Below are positions 1 through 9,240 of a stretch of DNA of 64,000 nt, piece after piece. The first letter of the stretch is position 1. Each line of letters begins with the position of its first letter. Origin of the DNA: an uncultured archaeon (GTDB taxonomy: Archaea; Nanobdellota; Nanobdellia; Woesearchaeales; CAIVOO01). The position numbers and the translations under genes are program-made. Under the pieces are notes generated by a model, which worked only from the letters and a program-made list of their open reading frames with translations, had not been told where the DNA came from and did no database searches. The stretch spans positions 2,032 to 66,031 of the forward strand of contig CAIVED010000037.1 of NCBI GenBank assembly GCA_903904885.1, in the 5' to 3' direction.

Positions 1-1580
1 GAGTCAGAATATTTTTTTGCCCAGCTGGAAAGCACAAGGAAATGCTCCGAAGGGGTGCATTTGTTCTTGCTAACTGCCGCATAAATGTTACTGGCAGCCA
101 GGTCTTTTGCAGTTTTTCCGCAGTTAAGAATCCTGAAAATCCCTGCAGAAAGGCTTTCATTGTCTGTTGAGAGGGCCCGCGCAATAAGATACATTTTCTT
201 CGCATCAGGGTTTCCCTCGACACTCACCTTCCTGTTTGCAAACGCGCGATAGAAATGGCCCTCATCCCACCAGGAGGTTATTGCAGCATCATTGCTTGAG
301 TTTGCATTTATCATCATTGCTGTTTCATAGACTGAGGAATCCATCAAAGGCGGCGCATTGGCCTCACTCCATGCTTTGGGAAGCAGAAAAACCAAAAACA
401 GCGCCAGGATAATTGCTCCGCAGGCAAATCCTGCTTTTTTGCGGCTTGCCTTCTGGAAAAACCCGGAAACAGAATTGCACAGGCCGCAGATTCCGCCTGC
501 TGCGAATATGACCGAAGCCAAAACCAGGAAAGGAGCTGTTCTGACAGCAAACACCATTCCCGCAGCTGAAAAAGCGAGGAAAACAATCAGGTAAATCTGA
601 AAAAGCGTTTTTTTATTTTTCCGGCTGAAATTCTTCATTTCCGTGAATGAAAAAAATACACCTGCCAGGGCTGCAACCGCCACAGGCCAGCCCAAGGCTC
701 CGATAAATGAGCCCCAGTCAGAACTCCTCAGCTCTTTTATCTGAGAGCTCCAGTCAGGATATATTCCCGTTATCTCCGGCTTGAAAAGATAGGTGTACAG
801 TTTTGAATTTAAAATCTGGCCTGAAAAGAGTATTCCGCAAAATAAAACAACTGCCGCAACGGCCAGGGCAAAAAGGGCCATTTTCCTGTAGTCCTTTTTT
901 GAATAAAGCCGGGCAAGGATGTAAACCGCAAAAAAAGCTGAGGTGATAATCAGAATATAGTAATAGCCAGACCATGCTAATTTGAACACAACCAATGACA
1001 ATAAAGCCAAAACCGCAAATATTGCCCCCTGCTTTTTTGAGCCCTCCCTGAATGATTCAACTGACTTTAGCAGGAACAGCATGAAAAAAAGGGAAAGCAT
1101 TATGTTCAGCGGGCCGGTATCACTGTAGCCGGCCTTGAATATGCTGATAAGCGAAAAATGCACAGCAAATAAAAAAGATGCTATAAACCCCGCTGCGGGG
1201 CCGAATGCTTTTTTCGCCAACAGGAAGATAAGTATTATTGAAACAACCCCAAAAATAAGCGGCAGGTAAAAAATGGCAGCCATCAATGAAAACTCCGGGT
1301 TGAAAATCTTTCCCAGTGAGAGCACTGAATTCTCCAGATAAGGCAAAAGAGATGGATTTTTAACCTCCTTTCCCTCTGAAAGGTCCAGGGCCTGCTTGTA
1401 GAAAAGGTAGCCGTCAACAGAAGACGGATAAATATACCCTCCGCAACAGGTGTAAAATCCCTTCTCTGCTTCGGGGATTCCTTCCAGCTTGGATGAGAAG
1501 GATGCGAGAAAAATGTAGGCCAGAATGGGCACTAAAACCAGAAGTGCATATACAAATTTGTTAGTATTAATAGTTTTCAC
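1..1580 (-). CDS. aglB: STT3/AglB-like oligosaccharyltransferase (GT-C fold), 3' end runs off window
   Basis: Not in the ORF track. Hand translation from GTG at 1580 gives an open frame to the window edge with many TM segments, DGYLFY and GYSDT loop motifs, LAWSGYY, and WWDEGH at 255-272 (WWDxG signature), followed by RALSTDNESLSAGIFR. Confidence 0.8.
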   Translation of the reverse strand, partial: MKTINTNKFVYALLVLVPILAYIFLASFSSKLEGIPEAEKGFYTCCGGYIYPSSVDGYLFYKQALDLSEGKEVKNPSLLPYLENSVLSLGKIFNPEFSLMAAIFYLPLIFGVVSIILIFLLAKKAFGPAAGFIASFLFAVHFSLISIFKAGYSDTGPLNIMLSLFFMLFLLKSVESFREGSKKQGAIFAVLALLSLVVFKLAWSGYYYILIITSAFFAVYILARLYSKKDYRKMALFALAVAAVVLFCGILFSGQILNSKLYTYLFKPEITGIYPDWSSQIKELRSSDWGSFIGALGWPVAVAALAGVFFSFTEMKNFSRKNKKTLFQIYLIVFLAFSAAGMVFAVRTAPFLVLASVIFAAGGICGLCNSVSGFFQKASRKKAGFACGAIILALFLVFLLPKAWSEANAPPLMDSSVYETAMMINANSSNDAAITSWWDEGHFYRAFANRKVSVEGNPDAKKMYLIARALSTDNESLSAGIFRILNCGKTAKDLAASNIYAAVSKNKCTPSEHFLVLSSWAKKYSD

Positions 1581-1777
1581 ACTTTTCCTAATATTTGGCT
1601 ATTTTTAATATTTTGCATATTCCTAACCTTCAAGTTTTTAAACCATTTTTAAACCTTTTAAACGGCAACCTGCCACCAGCGATTATCTATTTCAGAGTGA
1701 TGAAAGCTTGAATTTGGCGAATTCGCAGGGGAGAACGCTTGAAACGCTATCGTCGGTAAACGGAGCAGATTTGCTTT

Positions 1778-1792
1778 CGAAAGATTTATAAA
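1778..1792 (+). promoter_or_regulatory. BRE-TATA promoter candidate for S-layer gene
   Basis: CGAAAGATTTATAAA. A second CAAAGATTTAAAAA lies at about 1851-1864 and a GGAGGTG RBS at 1972-1978. Confidence 0.5.
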
Positions 1793-1983
1793 CAAAAGTT
1801 GTTTTTTTGGTATCCAGAACTAAATCAATCTACCCCAACATTACACATGGCAAAGATTTAAAAACCGGCCAAAAAATCATCATAAAATCACGTTTACTTC
1901 CAGAGTTTGTAACGGGCCTATGAAACTAACATAAGGCCCATACAAGCAACAATAACAAAAAAATAAATTTCGGAGGTGTTTAA

Positions 1984-4437
1984 ATGGAAGTTAAAAAGGC
2001 AATTAAAAAAGTCGTTGCCTTGGCAGCTGGTGCAACCATGCTTGGCGCAACAATGTTCAGCGCTATGGCAGCATCAAGCCTGACAGCATACCCTAGCCCA
2101 TTCGTAAAGGATGGCAAGTTCGACGCATTTATCGTCGTGGGTGATAAGGCAGCAGCAGAGGATGTCGTAGGAGCTGTAGACATAGGAGCAAGTCTTCAGT
2201 TTGAGATGAAAAAGGACTCGATGGTTTCCACAGGAAGCGAGAATGTCCTTATTTCTGACGGCGTCAAGATAAAAGGAACTGGTTCTGAGGTTTTGAACTA
2301 CAACGAGTCGCTTGGAGAAGTACGAGCAACTCCTATTGATTCAGAAGACCTGCCAGTTTTGCTTGCAGACGGAAGATACGTTGAAAGCGAAGGAGCAACA
2401 GACAACGACCAGTCATACACTCAGGAAATCAGGCTGAATGACACAAACGGAAGGTCACTTCACGACCAGCCTACAGACATGGTGCATGACGACTACTTGG
2501 AACTGATTGGAGGAGATGTCGTATACAAGTACACTCTCCAGTTTGACGACCCTGTTGAGTATGACACCGATGGGAGTATTAACGGCGCACTGGCTGATGA
2601 CATCGAAGGGACTCAGATTGAACTGCAGGGCAATGTCTATACAATTACAAAAGCAAGGTTCACATCTGGCGGAAACCTGAGCGACATGACTTTGATGGCA
2701 GGAGACACACTATTGTGGCTAATGCAGGACCAGGTCATTGAAAAGACAGTCAACGGCGTAAAGCACGAAGTCAAGGTTGTTGATGTAACTGATGCGCAGG
2801 ATTCTTGCGGCGTTTCTGTTGACGGATACGTTGCATGGATTGACACCAAATCAGACAAGGTAATCAACGGCATAGACATCGGCGTTCTTGACGCAAAGGC
2901 AGTCCACGCTCAGTTGCAGGATGTTGATATTTGTGAATTGAACATCGGAGCAACAGAGATAAAGATTGAAGACGCAATGACTGGAAGCGTAGCAGCAATG
3001 CCAGGAAGCAGCAGGATAACTGTTGACGGAATGGAAATCAAGAAAGCGAGAGTAGGTCTTGTAAATGCTGGAGCAGGAAACTGGGACGCTCTTACAATAG
3101 AGTTCACTCCACAGGACGACGTTTTCCTTAAGAAAGACGAGACTTTCGCAGACCCTGTGCTTGGCAACTTCAAGCTCCTTATGGGAGGAGTTGTAACACC
3201 TAGGGAAGTAATAGACGTAAAGGCTTCCGGTTCAAAGAAAGCAACTATCGACTTTACTAACAACGACGGGAAAGCTGTCAGCGTACCTATAGAAGTAAAC
3301 GACACAGAGACAGGATGGAGACTTGGAACAAGGGACAAAGAGCCTGTATTAATGGAAGGCGATTCCTACTACTGCGGAGTTTCAATTGAAGACTGCGACG
3401 GCGTTTTGCTTTACGCTATATCAAGCGGAAGAGCAGCCCACGTGCTTGAGATAACAAGCATCAGCACAGACGACACATCCATTGACTTGAGAGACCTGAC
3501 ATACGGAAGGACATTTGACAACAAGAACTACTCGCAACTGATTGACCTTGGTTCGCTTGGCTACATAAAGTTGGCCGATGGCGGATCAGGAGTGCTTACT
3601 GCAACTGAACTGTCCAATGTCACAGACAATGTCGCTGAGACAAACTACGGCGCAAGGATTGAGCTTGACCCATTAAATGCATTCGATGGGACAGTCTTCA
3701 TGCCGGCTGGCACAACTAACGTACTAGGAACAGACGCTGCCCTATTAGTAAGGGTAAACGAGTCAGACATTGACGACGTTGACATAAGAGCGCAGTTGAT
3801 AAACGTGACTGGCATGTACGACAACGTTAGTGATGACCAGTTTGAGATAAGGCTGCAAACAAGCGGCTTAATCATTGAACCTAAGGGCGGAGTCGACGAG
3901 AGCGAAGACAACTCAGACATACAGTACTACACAACACTGCACGGAACATTGGTAAAGGCTGATGACCAGGACAACAAGTACGTTATCATTAACTACCCTA
4001 AGCAGGAAGTTGAGATAAACGCATTCATTGCACCTGTCGCAGCACAGATAAGCACATCAGGAGGTAACATCGCAACTGTTACTCTTGACAAAATCAATGT
4101 CGGTGCGGCAAGACTAGCATCTGAGATAAGCGACGTCACAAAGGATAACTTAATCCTTGTCGGTGGAGCATGCGCAAACGCAGCAACTGCAACAGTTGAG
4201 GGCGTTTCACAGTCAGAACCTGACTGCATCGCAGGCCTACAGTCCGGAGAGGCAGTCATAAAGCTTTACGACCAGAGCAGCGGAAAAGTTGCTATGGTAG
4301 TGGCTGGTATGGACGCCATGGACACAAGGAGAGCTACAAGAGTTATCTCAAACTTTGATGCCTACAATCTAAGCGGCAGCGAAGTTAAAGTGACTGGAAC
4401 TAGCCTAACAGACATAAAGGTAAGCATGCCTTCCTAA
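1984..4437 (+). CDS. S-layer protein (S_layer_N / S_layer_C type)
   Basis: 817 aa acidic protein. It has a KKVVALAAGATMLGAT signal, YPSPFVKDGKFDAFIVVG..AAAEDVVGAVDI N-domain, NLILVGGACAN and DAMDTRRA C-domain, a strong RBS and a T-run terminator. Confidence 0.9.
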   Translation: MEVKKAIKKVVALAAGATMLGATMFSAMAASSLTAYPSPFVKDGKFDAFIVVGDKAAAEDVVGAVDIGASLQFEMKKDSMVSTGSENVLISDGVKIKGTGSEVLNYNESLGEVRATPIDSEDLPVLLADGRYVESEGATDNDQSYTQEIRLNDTNGRSLHDQPTDMVHDDYLELIGGDVVYKYTLQFDDPVEYDTDGSINGALADDIEGTQIELQGNVYTITKARFTSGGNLSDMTLMAGDTLLWLMQDQVIEKTVNGVKHEVKVVDVTDAQDSCGVSVDGYVAWIDTKSDKVINGIDIGVLDAKAVHAQLQDVDICELNIGATEIKIEDAMTGSVAAMPGSSRITVDGMEIKKARVGLVNAGAGNWDALTIEFTPQDDVFLKKDETFADPVLGNFKLLMGGVVTPREVIDVKASGSKKATIDFTNNDGKAVSVPIEVNDTETGWRLGTRDKEPVLMEGDSYYCGVSIEDCDGVLLYAISSGRAAHVLEITSISTDDTSIDLRDLTYGRTFDNKNYSQLIDLGSLGYIKLADGGSGVLTATELSNVTDNVAETNYGARIELDPLNAFDGTVFMPAGTTNVLGTDAALLVRVNESDIDDVDIRAQLINVTGMYDNVSDDQFEIRLQTSGLIIEPKGGVDESEDNSDIQYYTTLHGTLVKADDQDNKYVIINYPKQEVEINAFIAPVAAQISTSGGNIATVTLDKINVGAARLASEISDVTKDNLILVGGACANAATATVEGVSQSEPDCIAGLQSGEAVIKLYDQSSGKVAMVVAGMDAMDTRRATRVISNFDAYNLSGSEVKVTGTSLTDIKVSMPS

Positions 4438-4446
4438 GGCAGCTTA

Positions 4447-4465
4447 TTTTTTTTTCTTTTTTTTT
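4447..4465 (+). terminator. oligo-T archaeal terminator
   Basis: T9-C-T9 starting 10 nt after the S-layer stop. Confidence 0.7.
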
Positions 4466-4519
4466 AATTGCTTCTTGATGAGACTACGTTTCTGTTATCT
4501 CTTTTGAATAATATCTCTC

Positions 4520-4676
4520 TTGCTGGTTCTTGCGTTACTCTCCCTGTTTATTCTGCGTCTTCTGCTCAAGTGCCACGTAAGAAGTAATATTTAGCTGTCG
4601 AGCGCAACGAGACAGCTTAAAGCAGGCCTGGCAATCGAGGCAACTAGTGAAAGAAAGAAGACAGCCTAAGGCCTGC
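4520..4676 (+). repeat. dispersed structured intergenic element, copy 1 (full)
   Basis: TTGCTGGTTCTTGCGTTA-N21-CTTCTGCTCAAGTGCCACGTAAGAAG, then stems AGCTGTC/GACAGCT and GCAGGCCT/AGGCCTGC. Aligns with copies at 11926, 16768, 48178 and 56230. Confidence 0.85.
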
Positions 4677-4714
4677 CCAGAAAACGGGATTTTGTTGCAA
4701 TTAGCTAAATGATA

Positions 4715-5929
4715 TCACAAAGCTTTCCCGGCAAAGCAGTTGTGCTTGTCGCGGAGGATTTTGACCTTTATCTGGCTGCCTGTCTTGGCGTCGCAGCCAA
4801 AGACATTTATGCTTCTCCCCTCGGCAGCGGCTATTTTCTCGCTGCCGTACATGCCCTCGCACATCACAGTTGCCTTCACAACATCCCCCTTGCTGAACGG
4901 CTTTGGAAGCAATTTTGCCCTGTGTATGCCGAAATCCTCAGCCTTCAGGATGAGCTTTGCCCCGTATTTCTCCTCGAGCTTTTTCAGCCTGCTGTAGAAT
5001 TCTTCCCAGGGCATCTGCTTTGCGGGCTTCCTGCCCTTGTCATACTCAAGGAAGTTTTGTATGCCCAGCTTAACATTGCCCCGGCAGTATTTCATTGCAA
5101 ATTCAACCAGTTTCTCCATCTGGCTGTCATTCCATCCATTAACCCATACGGGAGCAATAAGTACATCTGACTTTTTACCTATGTATTCTATTATTTTTTT
5201 TACATGGCCAATGTTATAGCTGCAGCCGGCCATTTTGCATGCAATATTCTCGTCGAGAGAATCCAGGGATACATTGAACCTTGTGAGCCCCGCTTCAATC
5301 AGCTGGTCTGCTTTTTCTTCAGTAAGAAAAACAGCGTTTGTGTCCATTGAAATGGCCCCGAGATTCTTTATTTTCGAAATCTCGCCTATCAGTTCTACCA
5401 ATTCAGGATAAAGCAGGGGCTCCCCGTGGGTGCCGATGTGGCAGTTCCATTCCTCCCCGATGAACTCAGCAATTTTCTTTATTTCCTGGACAAGATAATC
5501 CTGCTCTATCAAAAAATCTGTTTTCTTGCCTGAACCAGTTCCCTCGTCGATGGAGCAGTAAACGCAGTTTAAATTGCATCCTGTTACCGGCTTTACCTCA
5601 ATTACATTTGAATTCCTGTAGACTATCCCGAATGCGGTGTTGCCAATCAAAGGTATGCCTGAATTTTTATGGATGTAAACAGAGCGCTTTCCCGTAAGAA
5701 CGTTTGTAAGCTCTGAAAAATACTTTTCAACAAGAAAATTGAATTTCCTTTGGACGCTTTCCATTGAGGCATTCCTGAATGTTATGCTGTTTTTCCCGAT
5801 TTCAAAATCAGCTATTTTTCGCAGCTCATTTTTCGGGATTCTAAAATAATAGCTTTTCAGGAAAAACACCTTAATATGACCTTCCTCCTCGGAAAATTCC
5901 AGCTGTTCAAAGGTTAAGGCGGCATTCAT
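4715..5929 (-). CDS. radical SAM protein with C-terminal TRAM-like domain
   Basis: CNLNCVYC, HGEPLLY, DTNAVFL, and a C-terminal OB/TRAM-like GDVVKATV...GSQIKVKI. Confidence 0.85.
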   Translation of the reverse strand: MNAALTFEQLEFSEEEGHIKVFFLKSYYFRIPKNELRKIADFEIGKNSITFRNASMESVQRKFNFLVEKYFSELTNVLTGKRSVYIHKNSGIPLIGNTAFGIVYRNSNVIEVKPVTGCNLNCVYCSIDEGTGSGKKTDFLIEQDYLVQEIKKIAEFIGEEWNCHIGTHGEPLLYPELVELIGEISKIKNLGAISMDTNAVFLTEEKADQLIEAGLTRFNVSLDSLDENIACKMAGCSYNIGHVKKIIEYIGKKSDVLIAPVWVNGWNDSQMEKLVEFAMKYCRGNVKLGIQNFLEYDKGRKPAKQMPWEEFYSRLKKLEEKYGAKLILKAEDFGIHRAKLLPKPFSKGDVVKATVMCEGMYGSEKIAAAEGRSINVFGCDAKTGSQIKVKILRDKHNCFAGKAL

Positions 5930-5990
5930 GTTATAAAGGGGCTTTCAAAAAGTATTTAAATGCTCTTGTTTTGTTTCTGCCGGGGGCAAG

Positions 5991-6671
5991 ATGGAAAAAG
6001 AAGTTGTAATAACATACGAAACGCTTTTTGAAATTCTGAGAAGGGAAAAAACACGGGAAGAGCTGCAGAAGCTTCCTGAAAATTTCCATGAGGAGGTTAA
6101 AAAATACCTTGCGGACAAAAAGCAGACCATGCTCTCAATATCCAATGACCAATTTTCCGAGATTGAGCAGGAAAAAACCCAGAGGCAGATGGTAAACCTT
6201 AAGAAAATACTTAATGACCTTTATGAAAGGCGGGAGAAGAAAATCGTCTCCATGGCGCTTAACAAGAGCAGGATGCCGAAAAGCGTCATTGACATCTCAA
6301 CGCTTGCTGAAAATGAGAAGCGCTTCTATGAGCTTCTGGTCTCAACCTTCAACGATGCCCGGGGCGATGCGCTGAGATACAACCTGCTCGAAAGCCAGGC
6401 AAGCCAGGAGGAAAGGCCGAAAACAGATGCTAAGGCTGTCCAGGAACTGCCCCTGGAGCAGGCAGATGAGCAGCCGCAGGAAGAAAAGCCTGCCTTCAAG
6501 ATAGCGGACAGCATGAAGAAGGTCAAGTTCGTATGCGATGTTTCCCAGTTTGTAGGCCCAAATCTTGAGATTTACGGCCCTTTCAGGGCAGAGGAGATAG
6601 CTGTCCTGCCTGTTTCTGTCTGCAATGTGCTTTTGAACAGGGATAAAGCGGAATTGGATGAATCCAGCTAG
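5991..6671 (+). CDS. gins15: GINS complex subunit (Gins15/Gins51 type)
   Basis: ITYETLFEILRREK..ELQKLPENF, LYERREKKIVSMAL, C-terminal B-domain FVGPNLEIYGPF, and the conserved position before rpl44e. Confidence 0.8.
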   Translation: MEKEVVITYETLFEILRREKTREELQKLPENFHEEVKKYLADKKQTMLSISNDQFSEIEQEKTQRQMVNLKKILNDLYERREKKIVSMALNKSRMPKSVIDISTLAENEKRFYELLVSTFNDARGDALRYNLLESQASQEERPKTDAKAVQELPLEQADEQPQEEKPAFKIADSMKKVKFVCDVSQFVGPNLEIYGPFRAEEIAVLPVSVCNVLLNRDKAELDESS

Positions 6672-6683
6672 CCCCAGAGTAGC

Positions 6684-6771
6684 GAAAACCCCAACTATCC
6701 TGCAGAGAGGGGGTTTTCTGACTCAATTTTTGCTCTGAGAAGCGAAACTCTAAATCCCTCAAAAATTGAGT
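6684..6771. other. pair of intergenic hairpins
   Basis: GAAAACCCC/GGGGTTTTC (6684-6718) and ACTCAATTTTTG/CAAAAATTGAGT (6721-6771). Confidence 0.6.
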
Positions 6772-6807
6772 AAACTTTTTAAATAACCCCTAAAATCCTT
6801 GTATACT

Positions 6808-7122
6808 ATGGCAAAATATCCTAAAACAGTCAAGAGATTGTGCCCATACTGCAAGAAGCACACAGAGCATAAGGTCATGCAGGCAAAGAAAAAGACCAGA
6901 GGCACTGCCCACCCTCTTTCCTGGGGTTCCAGGACAAGAATCAAGCTTAGGGGAAGGGCAAGGGGCTATGGCAATACAGGAAAGTATTCAAAGCCTGCAA
7001 AGCCTAAAATGACCGGAAAAAAGCAGTCAAAAAAGACTGACTTCAGGTATGAGTGCAAGGAATGCCGAAAGCAGCACGTCCAGAGAAAGGGCTTCAGGGC
7101 AAAGAAAATAGAGATGGTATAA
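6808..7122 (+). CDS. rpl44e: 50S ribosomal protein L44e
   Basis: CPYCKKHTEHKV, KPKMTGKKQSKKTDFRYECKEC. ATG at 6808 chosen over the upstream TTG. Confidence 0.95.
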   Translation: MAKYPKTVKRLCPYCKKHTEHKVMQAKKKTRGTAHPLSWGSRTRIKLRGRARGYGNTGKYSKPAKPKMTGKKQSKKTDFRYECKECRKQHVQRKGFRAKKIEMV

Positions 7123-7124
7123 TT

Positions 7125-7310
7125 ATGAAAAAAACAAAACAGTCTCCAAGCAAGTTCATAAAGATAAAATGCTCCAAGTGCAAGAACGAGCAGATTATAT
7201 TCGGCAAGGCGGCAACGGCAATAAAATGCCTTGTATGCGAAAAGCCGATTGCAGAGCCCACGGGCGGCAAGGTTAAAATCAAGGCAAGAATACTGGAAGT
7301 CCTTGAGTAA
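7125..7310 (+). CDS. rps27e: 30S ribosomal protein S27e
   Basis: SKFIKIKCSKCKNEQIIF..CLVCEKPIAEPTGGK, with ATG 2 nt after the rpl44e stop. Confidence 0.95.
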   Translation: MKKTKQSPSKFIKIKCSKCKNEQIIFGKAATAIKCLVCEKPIAEPTGGKVKIKARILEVLE

Positions 7311-7312
7311 TA

Positions 7313-8095
7313 ATGACAATGCTTCTGAGAAGACCGGGATGGCCTGAGGAAGGCGAGCTTGTACTTTCTACTGTAACCAAGGTTACAGGCAATTCTGTTT
7401 TCTGCAATCTTGACGAATACGGCAGAAGCGGGATGATCCATATTTCTGAAGTCTCTCCCGGGAGAATAAGAAACCTGAGGGACTTTGTTTCCGAGGGCAG
7501 GGTCGTTGTCTGCAAGGTAATAGGGGTTGACAAGGAGAGGGGTTACATTGACCTTTCGCTAAGGCGAGTTTCTGAGATGATGCGCCAGGAGAAGATGAAT
7601 GAGGTCAAGCAAGAGCAGAAGGCAGAGAAAATAATCGAGGCTGTTGCAAAATCGCTTAAAATACCTGCAAAACAGCTCTATGATTCTGTCTCAGCAAAAG
7701 TGACGGAAAAATACGCTTTCATTTACAATGCATTTGAGGATGTTGTTCTGGGCAATAAATCGCTGTCTGAGCTTGGCATCGACAAGAAATATGCCGACGC
7801 GCTGGACGAGGCAGTGAGGCTGAAAATAAAGCCGCCGAAAATTGAGATAAGCGGGACTTTCAGGATTTCAACCTATGCCTCTGAAGGGATTGATGTGATT
7901 AAAGCTGCACTGAAGCCTGCTGAGGAGACGAAAGATGTTTCGCTTAGCTATCTTGGAAACGGGCAGTATCATATCAAAATTACAGCAGGCGACTACAAAA
8001 GCGCAGAGAAAATACTGAAGCCGATTGTTGAGAACGCGATAGCCTATGTTGAAAAGCATGAGGGCGTCGCATCCTTTGAGAGGAAGGAAGAATAA
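7313..8095 (+). CDS. eif2a: translation initiation factor 2 alpha subunit
   Basis: PEEGELVL S1 domain, GMIHISEVSPGRIRN, GYIDLSLRRV, and operon context. Confidence 0.95.
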   Translation: MTMLLRRPGWPEEGELVLSTVTKVTGNSVFCNLDEYGRSGMIHISEVSPGRIRNLRDFVSEGRVVVCKVIGVDKERGYIDLSLRRVSEMMRQEKMNEVKQEQKAEKIIEAVAKSLKIPAKQLYDSVSAKVTEKYAFIYNAFEDVVLGNKSLSELGIDKKYADALDEAVRLKIKPPKIEISGTFRISTYASEGIDVIKAALKPAEETKDVSLSYLGNGQYHIKITAGDYKSAEKILKPIVENAIAYVEKHEGVASFERKEE

Positions 8096-8113
8096 TCCTA
8101 TTTAGGGGGTATA

Positions 8114-8269
8114 ATGAAGCACCTGATGAAATGCGTTGTCTGCAATTCTTACACAATGAAAGATGAGCACTGCAGCCAGAAGACAATACAAACCAAACCC
8201 GCCAAGTATTCTCCCGACGACAAATGGGCGGAATGGAGAAGGAAGGCGAAGAAGGAGAATGCGAAATGA
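8114..8269 (+). CDS. nop10: H/ACA RNP protein Nop10
   Basis: Hand translation (51 aa, below the track cutoff) gives MKHLMKCVVCNSYTMKDEHC..KPAKYSPDDKWAEWRR, in the canonical position after eIF2alpha. Confidence 0.9.
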   Translation: MKHLMKCVVCNSYTMKDEHCSQKTIQTKPAKYSPDDKWAEWRRKAKKENAK

Positions 8270-8727
8270 GATATAATGTTCCGCAGGGAGAAGAATTTGA
8301 GATAAATACAATCATCCTTGACCTAAACGGGACTTTGTCTGTTAATGGAAAAATTCCTGCGGGAGCAAAAGAAAGAATAAGGAAATTGCAAAGGCTTGGC
8401 TTTAGGGTAATTCTTTTCAGCGGGGACCAGAGAGGAACCGCAGGAAAAATCTGCAGCAATCTAGGCATAGAATTGCGCCTAACCCCGACAGGCAGGGAAA
8501 AAGAGCGGGAAATGCTCAAGCTAGACTTTAAAAAATGCGCATCCATCGGCAACGCAAGGATTGACCTTGGGACATTCAAGCATGCAAAACTTTCAATCAT
8601 AACGCTGCAGGCAGAAGGAATTCACGCCAGAGCGATTGAGCATGCAGATATCATTGTTCCTTCAATTAATGACGCTCTGGATTTATTCCTGAATCCGGAT
8701 TCCCTATGCGCTACCTTGAGAGAATAA
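8266..8727 (+). CDS. HAD-superfamily hydrolase (soluble P-type ATPase-like)
   Basis: IILDLNGTL, LFSGD, SIGNARID, and ATGA overlap with the nop10 stop. Confidence 0.75.
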   Translation: MRYNVPQGEEFEINTIILDLNGTLSVNGKIPAGAKERIRKLQRLGFRVILFSGDQRGTAGKICSNLGIELRLTPTGREKEREMLKLDFKKCASIGNARIDLGTFKHAKLSIITLQAEGIHARAIEHADIIVPSINDALDLFLNPDSLCATLRE

Positions 8728-8749
8728 GCCGCGGGTAAGAAGCGGTCCG

Positions 8750-9154
8750 TCAGGATTTCAGTTCTTCAATCTTATCAATGAATTTTCGTCTTTTCTGGAA
8801 AAATGAGTCCATGCCTCTGATGAACTCCCGTTTTATTTTGCTCTCCAGCACTTCCCCCTTGACTATCCTTGCCGGCGAAGACATGGGCCGCAAAATCTGG
8901 GACAGCCCTTCCATTTGGTGGTACCATCCATCCGGCCTGTATTCCCTGCCGCAGTCTGTTTTCAGCCGGACAGCCATCCTTCTCTTCAGGTATAGGATGT
9001 CAGTTTCTCTTTTTCCGCAGCCAAGATTTTTAGGAACCCGGAAATAATAGGCAGAATCCCTGAATTCGACCATCACCGGCGTTCCCGGGGCGCAGGCCTT
9101 GAGCGCGGGATATATTTTTTCTCCGGGAGGCAGGTAAATAACATCATCATTCAT
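8750..9154 (-). CDS. hypothetical protein
   Basis: ORF with GGAGT RBS before ATG 9154 and no recognisable motif. Confidence 0.55.
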   Translation of the reverse strand: MNDDVIYLPPGEKIYPALKACAPGTPVMVEFRDSAYYFRVPKNLGCGKRETDILYLKRRMAVRLKTDCGREYRPDGWYHQMEGLSQILRPMSSPARIVKGEVLESKIKREFIRGMDSFFQKRRKFIDKIEELKS

Positions 9155-9240
9155 AACTACTCCTGCAGGGATAAGAAAATATAAAGCTTCTGCTTTTGAA
9201 AACTGAAACCTTTTTAAATCCCAAAAAAACAAGCATCAAT

